From contig SHMW01000020.1 in assembly GCA_008080735.1 (NCBI GenBank), positions 1-55,835 of the forward strand: a stretch of 55,835 bases of DNA, read 5' to 3'. The position numbers were made by a program, and so were the translations under genes. Positions 29,816 to 38,832 of this stretch are shown piece after piece (position 1 is the first letter of the stretch; each line of letters starts with the position of its first letter). The notes under the pieces are model-generated. The model saw nothing but the letters and a program-made list of their open reading frames with translations. It did not search any database and was not told the origin of the DNA. This DNA is from Promethearchaeota archaeon (GTDB lineage: Archaea; Asgardarchaeota; Lokiarchaeia; Sigyniarchaeales; SOKP01).

Positions 29816-30598
29816 ATGTTAGATGAAACAATAATAACAAAAGTAATAATACAATCATATACTAAAGATTTAATTGATAACTTGCATTCAGACGTAATTA
29901 TTGCTGGAGCAGGTCCCGCAGGATTAGTCGCCTCAAAATTTTTGGCTGAAGCGGGTCTAAAAACCGTGCTTTTTGAACGGAGACTTTCGATCGGCGGTGG
30001 GATGTTGGGAGGTGGTATGATGTTCAATAAAATTGTCGTCCAAAGTGAGGCGAAGAGAATTCTTGATTTATATAATATTAAAATGAGTGAAATTGAGAAG
30101 AATTATTATGTGGCAGACGCGATAGAATCTGTTGGAAAGCTAACTGCGGGAGCTATCGACGCGGGGGCTAAAATCTTTAACCTAATTTCTGTAGAAGATG
30201 TTAAAATCGATGAACAGTTTAGAATCACCGGAGCAGTTATTAATTGGACGGCCGTAGAGATGGCAAACCTTCATGTGGATCCTATGACTTTCGAAAGTAA
30301 ATGTCTAATCGATGCAACGGGACATGATTTAGAAGTGGTTTCCGTGGCATTAAATAAAATCCCAAATTCTAAATTAAATACTCCCACAGGGCAAATAATG
30401 GGAGAATTATCAATGAATGCTGAAATCGGGGAAAAAATCCTTCTTGAAACCACCAAAGAAGTATATCCTGGATTATATGTCGCCGGTATGGCAGCAAATG
30501 CATGTTCAGGAGGTCAACGTATGGGTCCGATATTCGGAGGTATGCTCCTTTCTGGAGAAAAAGTGGCCAATCTTATCATTGAAAGACTCAACTCATAA
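29816..30598 (+). CDS. thi4: Sulfide-dependent thiazole synthase
   Basis: GAGPAGL, GGGMLGGG, LHVDP (His variant) and RMGPIFGGMLLSG. Confidence 0.95.
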   Translation: MLDETIITKVIIQSYTKDLIDNLHSDVIIAGAGPAGLVASKFLAEAGLKTVLFERRLSIGGGMLGGGMMFNKIVVQSEAKRILDLYNIKMSEIEKNYYVADAIESVGKLTAGAIDAGAKIFNLISVEDVKIDEQFRITGAVINWTAVEMANLHVDPMTFESKCLIDATGHDLEVVSVALNKIPNSKLNTPTGQIMGELSMNAEIGEKILLETTKEVYPGLYVAGMAANACSGGQRMGPIFGGMLLSGEKVANLIIERLNS

Positions 30599-30679
30599 AA
30601 TAAATAAGTTTAAATCTTTATTTTATATCAATTAACTAAATCCTTTTCTTAATCAATCTTAAACCCTATTTTTTGCAAA

Positions 30680-31516
30680 ATGACTACCGGAATATATTTT
30701 CATGAGCTCTTTAGCGAAAAAGTATGGCATATCATAAATGATAAATTTCAAAACTTTCCCAAAGTAATGAAAAAAGAATTAGATCTTCCAAATGTAGAAC
30801 TCATCACACCTAAGAAAGTGGAGGATGCTTTATTGCTCAAAGTGCATACTATACGGTTTTTAGAAAACTTAAAAAAGCAATGGTATTCTGATGGCGCATT
30901 CTACACCGTGGGTGGTTGTGTAGAAGCAGCCGAGAAAATCATGGATGGAGAATTAAAAAATGCATTAGTATTCGGAGTCGCAGCTGGGCATCATGCGGAA
31001 AGAGACTCTGCCTGGGGAGGTACCTATGCGTCTGTATCGGGACCTGTTGTTGTGAGATTAAAAGAGAAAAATCCTGATGTTAGACTCGCAATATTAGACA
31101 CAGATTCCCATCATGGCAACGGCACGCGCGATGTAGTGGCTGGTAATCGAGATGTTATGCATGTCTGTTTTTGCTCTTATGACCACATCGAGGATGGAGG
31201 CACTAAAATCTGTGTTGATTCTGGATTCCAAACCACTGATGATACGTATTTAAACTTAGTGAAAAATGAATTTATCGGACGATTAGCCGAATTCCAACCA
31301 GACATAATTCTCCATCTCTTAGGACACGATACTGCCTCAGGAGATTATGGAAGTCGAGGATTATCACAATATTTTTTTCCTCAACTGGTTGAAATGGTCA
31401 AGAAAGCTTCTGAAGTTTGTCAAGGGAGATATCTTATAAACACTCACGGTGGTGCATCAGTTTCGATCTGCGAATTTGTATATACTCAAGCCATTAAAAT
31501 ACTTGCAAATCATTAA
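30680..31516 (+). CDS. Histone deacetylase-family protein (divergent)
   Basis: LLKVHT, AGHHA, ILDTDSHHGNGT and GHD. Confidence 0.85.
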   Translation: MTTGIYFHELFSEKVWHIINDKFQNFPKVMKKELDLPNVELITPKKVEDALLLKVHTIRFLENLKKQWYSDGAFYTVGGCVEAAEKIMDGELKNALVFGVAAGHHAERDSAWGGTYASVSGPVVVRLKEKNPDVRLAILDTDSHHGNGTRDVVAGNRDVMHVCFCSYDHIEDGGTKICVDSGFQTTDDTYLNLVKNEFIGRLAEFQPDIILHLLGHDTASGDYGSRGLSQYFFPQLVEMVKKASEVCQGRYLINTHGGASVSICEFVYTQAIKILANH

Positions 31517-31688
31517 TTAAAATTTATTAGCCCAATTATACGAGAGCTTCAATATCTTTTCAATCCACTAACCTAAGATAAGGAAAAAAATATTTATGTG
31601 ACTTCAATCTACATATGAATAATTAAATGAGTCATTTATTAAACATATATATTTGAATATTATTGTATAATGAATGGATTGATGCTAT

Positions 31689-32489
31689 ATGGCAATATTA
31701 GGTATCGATTATGAAAAATGCATAGATTGTAAGGAGTGTATAAAAGATTGTCCAACATTTCTGTATCGTGAAGACGAAGATGGAAAAGTAATATTTCACG
31801 ATCCTAAAAACCGATGTATTTTATGCGGTCATTGTATTTCTATATGTCCGACAGATGCGATTATTCATGAAAAAATGGGTGAAACCGTAACATTTGAGGG
31901 AATCAATAATCCTGAGAGCCTCCTCTCTTATGAAAATCTTTATAACTTCCAGAGATCCCTAAGGGTGATCAGACAATATAAGAAAGAAAAAGTCCCCGAA
32001 GAATTGATCGAGAAAGTGTTGAATGCAATGCAGTATGCTCCGACGGGTGCAAATATCAGAGCAGAGAATTTTATCGTAATTTCAGATTCCGAAAAGCTAG
32101 AAGAACTCTCAAAAAAATTCAGAGAAACTATGGAAGGCGATAAGATGCTCAACGCTCAATTTGCGGGTGTATGGCGACGACTCGAACAGATGGGAAAAAA
32201 CTTATTCTTTAATGCACCACATCTCATCGTGGTACACACGCAAATGCCAATGAAAATGAATTTCATCAATATTGGCAGTATCATTACATATGGTAGGTTG
32301 GCAGCTCATTCGCTCAGTTTAGGAACGTGCTATCACGGTTGGACACAATTAGCTCTTGGTGTAGATACAAGCCTTAAGAAATCAATTCGTGCTTCTGGAC
32401 CTACTGCGTGCGGATTCACTTTAGGCTATCCTGATGTAACCTACCATAGAGTTCCTCCACGTGCACCAAAACGAGTAAGAAGGATATAA
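31689..32489 (+). CDS. Nitroreductase with N-terminal 2x[4Fe-4S] ferredoxin
   Basis: CIDCKECIKDCP and CILCGHCISICP; RVIRQY, APTGAN and LGTC. Confidence 0.92.
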   Translation: MAILGIDYEKCIDCKECIKDCPTFLYREDEDGKVIFHDPKNRCILCGHCISICPTDAIIHEKMGETVTFEGINNPESLLSYENLYNFQRSLRVIRQYKKEKVPEELIEKVLNAMQYAPTGANIRAENFIVISDSEKLEELSKKFRETMEGDKMLNAQFAGVWRRLEQMGKNLFFNAPHLIVVHTQMPMKMNFINIGSIITYGRLAAHSLSLGTCYHGWTQLALGVDTSLKKSIRASGPTACGFTLGYPDVTYHRVPPRAPKRVRRI

Positions 32490-32532
32490 TTTCTTTCTCT
32501 TCTCTTTTTTGTTTGAAGAACCTTCTCATTAA

Positions 32533-33654
32533 TTACTTCAGCTTAGTTCCACAATTTGGGCAATATTTGTACCTATTCGTTATCATTTTAGAGCAATTTG
32601 GACAGAGGAAAAACTTGGTCTCCTTGACTTCCTCGTCCATACCGAAATCTGTCTCTCCAACCGAGGTTTCCTTTAGGGGATCCTCCGCTTGGACGATTTC
32701 TGGTGTTTTTTCACTCTCAATTGTCTGCTGATACTCATGCAAATCCAATCCTTCAATCTGGATATTTCCCAGAGCCATAATTTTTCCATATCGGACTTTA
32801 TTAATATAATCCCTATCTAATTTTAACAAATTATAACAATTATGGCATCTAAAGACGTTAAGAATACCTATATTAGAATTATCTGCCCATTGAGCTAAAC
32901 AAGATCTATGCGCAATTATTTCGCACTCAGGACACCGCACTAAATCTGTTTTATCAGTTTCAAAACAAATCGAGCATGTTTCTTTCTTTGGAGCGTCTTC
33001 AACGTCGTCTGCTAAATTTATGTAAAATGCTTGGTTTGTTTTCGAGATAATTTTTTTTTCTTTATCGTAAAAAGTCTCTTCTGGAATCTCTCGCTTTAAA
33101 GCTAAAACCTCCAGAATCGATTCTAAATCTCTCAGATCATTTATTTCATGAACATTCCCATAGCATCTCGTGGCGAGTTCCATAAGTTTCTTATCTTCTC
33201 CCGGATCGTCGATATCAATTCTTACTATATCTATATAAAAGGGCATATTCTTTACCATGTCAATTAGATTATCAAGTACTGGCATGTATTTCTCTGGTAT
33301 CTTCAATGTTCCTGAATCGGTCAAGATAATCAGCCGAAATGCTTTCTGAGATATCCGTTTGTAAACCTCAATTATAAAAGTGATCGCGACAAATATTCCG
33401 CTCGCAATATTAGCGGGTTCGATAGTCGGTTCCAAAGACTTTAAGGCCATCAAAATATTTTCTGGATTCAAAGTAAAATCATTGAGATAATTAGGACCAT
33501 ATTCTTGAAATATGATCACATTAAATCTATCACTCGCATCATTTTCTTTCTTTATTTTCATAAACTCCTCAAGCGCGATATACACTTTTTGCATATCCGT
33601 TATCTCTGGAGTCAACGCGTTAAAGATCAGAGTATCTTCTGAAAGAGTGGTCAT
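32533..33654 (-). CDS. vWA domain + C4HC3 RING/PHD finger + C-terminal zinc ribbon protein
   Basis: vWA (DRFNVIIF, RLIILTDSG); CSIC-x10-CPEC-x4-HRSC...W...CHNC; CPNC...CPNCG. Confidence 0.8.
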   Translation of the reverse strand: MTTLSEDTLIFNALTPEITDMQKVYIALEEFMKIKKENDASDRFNVIIFQEYGPNYLNDFTLNPENILMALKSLEPTIEPANIASGIFVAITFIIEVYKRISQKAFRLIILTDSGTLKIPEKYMPVLDNLIDMVKNMPFYIDIVRIDIDDPGEDKKLMELATRCYGNVHEINDLRDLESILEVLALKREIPEETFYDKEKKIISKTNQAFYINLADDVEDAPKKETCSICFETDKTDLVRCPECEIIAHRSCLAQWADNSNIGILNVFRCHNCYNLLKLDRDYINKVRYGKIMALGNIQIEGLDLHEYQQTIESEKTPEIVQAEDPLKETSVGETDFGMDEEVKETKFFLCPNCSKMITNRYKYCPNCGTKLK

Positions 33655-34035
33655 TTTTATGGTCCTCCAAATTATTTATATATTTCTTAATTTTTTAATT
33701 TTGTATATTAAATAGTAGAACTGAAAAATTATTAATAGCTAATTGCTATATTGGTCCAATTTTTCAATTTTATACATCTAAATTTTAATGGATTATTAAC
33801 CGATTAGGATCAAAAAGATTTGATTCTTGCTATAAGATCCAAGTATTAAACAATTTTCAACTGCAATCATAAGATATATAAAGAGAGCTGTAAAAAATGA
33901 ACAATGTTTACCTTCCTATAGTGTAATTATACAAGATTCACTCTCAAACATATTTATAATACAAATTTCATTATTTTAAACCATAGATTAAACGTTTCGT
34001 TAAATACTAATTATTACGACAAGATATAGATTATT

Positions 34036-35943
34036 ATGGATTCTTCAAAAGCTTTAATGAAGCATGTAGAAACAGCTGTCATTAGCCAAACTGATTATGA
34101 AAAATTACGTGCTCTTAATAATGGTTTTGTTATTAGAATAGTAGATGAATTTGTAAACCTCTGTAAGCCCTCAAAGGTTACAGTTATAACCGATTCTGAG
34201 AAAGATATACAATATGTTAGAGAACGATGTATAGAAATTGACGAAGAAAGAAAGCTGGCTACAGAAGGGCATACGGTTCACTTTGACGGTTTTGTGAATA
34301 TGCAAAACCATGATCAAGCAAGAGATAAAGAAAATACAAAAACTCTGGTCCCAGAAGGCGAATATGCCAGCCCATGGATTAATACTATTGAAAGAGAGGA
34401 AGGACTCAACGAAATATTAGAAATTATGGATGGGTGTATGGAAGGACACGAATGTTTGGTCCGATTTTTTTGTTTAGGTCCCACTAACTCTAAATTCTCA
34501 ATATTAGCACTTCAATTGACAGATAGTTTTTATGTCGGTCATAGTGAAGATTTGCTTTATAGAAAAGGATATGAGGAATTTAAGAAACTCGATGGTTCCG
34601 ACGAATTTTTTTATCTAGTTCATTCTTCAGGTGAACTTACTGGCAGTCCGCCCACTACAAAAAACTTAGATAAACGAAGGATATATATCGATCTAGAGGA
34701 AGACAGAGTTTTATCTGTAAATAATCAATATGCGGGAAATTCACTCGGCCTTAAAAAGCTTGCATTACGCTTAGCAATCAACAAGGCGAGTTATGAGGAC
34801 TGGTTAGCCGAACATTTTTTCGTATTGGGAGTACATCCAAAAGGGAAGGAGCGTGTTTCCTATTTTTGTGGGGCTTTTCCCTCTGGGTGTGGAAAAACAT
34901 CCACCGCAATGCTTCCAGGACAAACCATCATTGGTGATGATATCGCTTATTTACGCCCGTGGGAGGACACATATTGCCACGCGGTTAATATTGAACAAGG
35001 TGTATTTGGGATCATCAGAGACATAAATCCAGATGATGACCCGGTAATATACAACACCATTATAACCCCCAAAGAAGTCATTTTTTCCAATATCTTAATT
35101 AATGAGGGAAAACCCTATTGGTTAGGAATGGGAAGTGAAATCCCTGAGACGGGATTCAATTTTTCTGGAGAGTGGTTTTATGGCAAAACTGATGAGAATG
35201 GAGTCCAAATTCCCCCTGCTCATCCGAATGCGCGCTATACTGTAAGAATCGAAGATTTAGAAAATGCTGACCCTAACTTACATGCACCAGATGGAGTTCC
35301 TGTACACGCAATCTTTTATGGCGGACGGGATTCAGATACGATGCCCCCTGTTTTGGAAAGCTTAGATTGGGATCATGGCGTTTATTTTGGTGCCTCAATC
35401 GAGTCGGAAACCACAGCCCAAACATTAGGAAAAACAGGAGTTAGAAAGATATGCCCAATGGCCAATTCGGATTTTATAGTAATTCCCTTGGGAAAATATC
35501 TTAAGAACTATAGTAAATTCGGAAATTCTTTAGAAAAACCTCCAAGAGTATTTGCAACGAATTATTTCCTAAAAGATGAGAACGGGAAATACTTAAATGG
35601 AATGTTAGATAAGCTCGTGTGGGTGATGTGGGCAGAAGGACGCACTCAAGGAGATTTCGGAGCAATAAAAACTCCCGTGGGCTATCTCCCAAAATATGAT
35701 GATCTCAAAGAATTATTCATACAGTATCTTGATAAGGATTACAAGAAGAACGATTATGAGAAGCAGTTCTCCATTCGAGTAGACAAGATCCTTCAAAAAA
35801 TTGAGAGAATTGAGACAATGTATAAAAAAGAAGAAAATGTACCCGAATTCTTTTGGAACACTTTAAATTCACAAAGAGATCATCTAATTAAACTGAAAGA
35901 TGAAAGAGGGAAATTTAAGATTTCTCCATCAGAATTTACCTAA
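34036..35943 (+). CDS. pckG: Phosphoenolpyruvate carboxykinase (GTP)
   Basis: YAGNSLGLKK, AFPSGCGKTS, IGDDIAY, HPNARY and GGRD. Confidence 0.95.
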   Translation: MDSSKALMKHVETAVISQTDYEKLRALNNGFVIRIVDEFVNLCKPSKVTVITDSEKDIQYVRERCIEIDEERKLATEGHTVHFDGFVNMQNHDQARDKENTKTLVPEGEYASPWINTIEREEGLNEILEIMDGCMEGHECLVRFFCLGPTNSKFSILALQLTDSFYVGHSEDLLYRKGYEEFKKLDGSDEFFYLVHSSGELTGSPPTTKNLDKRRIYIDLEEDRVLSVNNQYAGNSLGLKKLALRLAINKASYEDWLAEHFFVLGVHPKGKERVSYFCGAFPSGCGKTSTAMLPGQTIIGDDIAYLRPWEDTYCHAVNIEQGVFGIIRDINPDDDPVIYNTIITPKEVIFSNILINEGKPYWLGMGSEIPETGFNFSGEWFYGKTDENGVQIPPAHPNARYTVRIEDLENADPNLHAPDGVPVHAIFYGGRDSDTMPPVLESLDWDHGVYFGASIESETTAQTLGKTGVRKICPMANSDFIVIPLGKYLKNYSKFGNSLEKPPRVFATNYFLKDENGKYLNGMLDKLVWVMWAEGRTQGDFGAIKTPVGYLPKYDDLKELFIQYLDKDYKKNDYEKQFSIRVDKILQKIERIETMYKKEENVPEFFWNTLNSQRDHLIKLKDERGKFKISPSEFT

Positions 35944-36324
35944 TTTGAAATATCCTTAAGTGATCTTTTCAATAATATTTTTCTCAATATTATCCATTCT
36001 TTTTCTAAATCTTCAGATGAGTGAATGATGAGATTGTATTATTATTTACTCAATTTTGATTAATTTAATTAAAACCAAAACACTTTATATCTCAGTTAGT
36101 ATGGGTTTTTTTAAGAAATTGTTACTTTCCAATTCAAAAGTGAAGATTTTAATAAATAGGAACATAATGCATATAAATAACGTGCATTACATGTAATCCC
36201 TTCTTCTGAGATAGTGTATGTAATTATTTTTATAGTGAACCCCGCTTATAAATAATGAGTAAAACCATTTTGCGAGGTTTTTTATGAGAAATTACCCATA
36301 AAATGAGAAATATAAATAAAATTT

Positions 36325-36654
36325 ATGATTAAAATGATAAATCAATCAAACAAAATAACCGGAACGGTAAAATGGTATAGTGAAGAAAAAGGATATGGAT
36401 TTATATCCTCGGAGATTGTTGACGAAGATGTATTTTTGCATCATTCTGCTATTCAAAATAATGATGATATTCGATTTTTTGCGGGCGATCGGGTTACATT
36501 CAAGGTAGAAAAACAAAAAAAAGGACTTGCTGCGAAGAATGCTGAAAGGATTATAAAAAAAAAACCTTCAGAACAAATAAATAAAGTTGGTAATGAAATA
36601 TCCTTAAGTGCTCTTGGCCAATCCAAAACCAAAATATTCAATCTAAAACATTAA
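36325..36654 (+). CDS. Cold-shock domain protein (probably the N-terminal part of a CSD-DEAD fusion)
   Basis: GTVKWYSEEKGYGFI (RNP1), DVFLHHSAI (RNP2) and KGLAAKN. Confidence 0.88.
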   Translation: MIKMINQSNKITGTVKWYSEEKGYGFISSEIVDEDVFLHHSAIQNNDDIRFFAGDRVTFKVEKQKKGLAAKNAERIIKKKPSEQINKVGNEISLSALGQSKTKIFNLKH

Positions 36655-37838
36655 AAGAAGATAATATTGAAGTCTCTTTTGCAGATCTCCAACTAATTCC
36701 AGAATTATTAAGAGCAGTAGATGATGCCAGGTATAAAGACCCAACCCCAATCCAAGCAAAAGCTATCCCTCTCGTTATGAATGGACGAGATCTGCTTGGA
36801 TGTGCTCAAACAGGAACAGGTAAGACTGCTGCATTTGCACTTCCTATATTGCAAAGGCTGAATAAATCTCTTCAGAACAAATCTGATGATGGGAATATGA
36901 AGAAACCGCGTAAAAAGCGCAAAATAAAAGCATTGGTAATTGCTCCTACAAGGGAGCTAGCTATTCAAATCAATGAAAGTTTCAATATATATGGTAAATA
37001 CACAAGACTAAGATCAACTGTGATTTACGGCGGAGTTAGTCAAAAACCACAAGTTCAGCAATTGAAACGTGGTGTAGATATCATATCGGCAACACCTGGA
37101 CGACTATTGGATTTAATGAGACAAGGATATGTTGATCTTAGATTCGTTGAAATATTTGTTTTAGATGAAGGTGATAGGATGCTTGATATGGGGTTTATTC
37201 CTGATATTCGACGTATCGTAAAGAATATTCCACATAAAAATCGACAAACTTTACTTTTCTCCGCAACACTTCCCAATGAAATCATTCAATTGGCTAAAAG
37301 TATTCAAAATAATCCTATTGAAATAAAAATCTCACCAGAAAAACCAACCTTAGATATTATTACACAAGCAGTATGCTTTGTTTCAAAGAGAAAAAAACAA
37401 GCGCTTTTAGAGTTTTTACTCCGAGACTCTGCTTTTAAGCGTGTATTGGTTTTTATGAGAACAAAACGTAGTGCTAATCGAATCGTGCGAAATCTTAAAA
37501 GAAAAGGAATAAACGCCGAACCAATACATGGAGATAAATCACAATCTGCACGTCAAAGAGCACTCAAAAACTTTCGTAAAGGTAGGACCCGAGTATTAAT
37601 TGCTACTGATGTAGCCGCTCGAGGTATCGATGTTGATGATATCACTCATGTCATTCAATATGATTTACCTGATGTAGCTAAAACCTATGTGCATCGAATT
37701 GGTCGTACCGCTCGAGCAGGTTCGGGAGGAACCGCAATTGCATTTTGTGAAGACCAAAAACGTAGTATGCTGAAAGAAATCGAAAATCTTATCAATATGC
37801 ATGTGAAGGTATTTAAAAATCACCCTTTCTCTACATAA
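36597..37838 (+). CDS. DEAD-box RNA helicase (RhlE-like); Q-motif lies upstream of the first ATG
   Basis: In-frame SFADLQL...PTPIQAKAIP precedes ATG 36777; AQTGTGKT, PTRELA, DEGD, SAT, ARGID and HRIGRTAR. Confidence 0.88.
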   Translation, partial: NILKCSWPIQNQNIQSKTLKEDNIEVSFADLQLIPELLRAVDDARYKDPTPIQAKAIPLVMNGRDLLGCAQTGTGKTAAFALPILQRLNKSLQNKSDDGNMKKPRKKRKIKALVIAPTRELAIQINESFNIYGKYTRLRSTVIYGGVSQKPQVQQLKRGVDIISATPGRLLDLMRQGYVDLRFVEIFVLDEGDRMLDMGFIPDIRRIVKNIPHKNRQTLLFSATLPNEIIQLAKSIQNNPIEIKISPEKPTLDIITQAVCFVSKRKKQALLEFLLRDSAFKRVLVFMRTKRSANRIVRNLKRKGINAEPIHGDKSQSARQRALKNFRKGRTRVLIATDVAARGIDVDDITHVIQYDLPDVAKTYVHRIGRTARAGSGGTAIAFCEDQKRSMLKEIENLINMHVKVFKNHPFST

Positions 37839-37968
37839 ATTATTTTTCTCTTTATACTTCTTCCACTTTTGCTTATACAATAATAACTATAAAACCGAAA
37901 TCAATTTTTTCTCATTATTTTTTATTCACACAAGCTTTAAATTTGCCTTTTAACCATTATGCAATATT

Positions 37969-38580
37969 ATGGATATTACAAAAAAAGGATATTATTTTTT
38001 AGGACTCATTATTGGTTTATTTATTTGGGTGATAATACTCTATTTCTTAGGACCCCCAGGAGATGATGTTTTTGATATTTTTATCCGTTTGGGAGTATTG
38101 ATTGGCTATACGGCGATGTTTGTTGCCGCGCTAATTATACCTTTTATGAAAGAAGTAACCAAAATGTTTGGCACGTCATTTTTAAAAATACATCACCTAC
38201 TATCGGTTATTGGTATTATATTGATAACTGCTCATCCAATTGCGATGGCAATTAATTGGGAAACATTAAGCGTCTTTTTACCGGAATTCTCTGACTGGTT
38301 TACCTTCTGGCAGAATTCAGGAAGATTAGCATTCTATATCATCTATTTCGCCGCGATCATAGGACTTGTTAGAAAATATATGACACCCAAAATTTGGCGG
38401 TTTTTACACGGGTTTATCTATATTGCACTATTGTTCGGTTATTTCCACGGACTATTTAGCGGGACTGATTTCCAAGAAAATTTTGGAGTTATGATAACGT
38501 TCACTGCGATGTTAGTATTAATCTTTGAAGTTTTGATTTACAGACGGTATCAGAAATATAAGCTTAAACAAAAAACATAA
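37969..38580 (+). CDS. Ferric reductase-like transmembrane (heme b) protein
   Basis: About six TM helices with His pairs (KIHH...AHP; WRFLH...YFH). Confidence 0.8.
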   Translation: MDITKKGYYFLGLIIGLFIWVIILYFLGPPGDDVFDIFIRLGVLIGYTAMFVAALIIPFMKEVTKMFGTSFLKIHHLLSVIGIILITAHPIAMAINWETLSVFLPEFSDWFTFWQNSGRLAFYIIYFAAIIGLVRKYMTPKIWRFLHGFIYIALLFGYFHGLFSGTDFQENFGVMITFTAMLVLIFEVLIYRRYQKYKLKQKT

Positions 38581-38832
38581 AGAAATTAAATCTATTTTTC
38601 TAAATCTCCCCCCTATTTTATTTTCATAATATTCAAAGCTAAGAACTTAATTATTTAGTAAACCATTTAGATTAGCAAAATTGGTTTTAAATATTTTCCA
38701 AAACGAGACAGTAAATATTATAATACCATATTGAAAAAATTCCAGGATTCTGAATTATAAAATAATATGAGGAATTTTTGATGCGATATGTAAAAAATAA
38801 AAAAATAGGAAGGCAAATCAATTTGCCTCTTT

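Noticed and set aside
36555-36564. A10 run as the CSD-helicase slippery site
   Set aside because: The -1 frame has stops at 36582, 36591 and 36594 after this run, so a shift here cannot reach the helicase.
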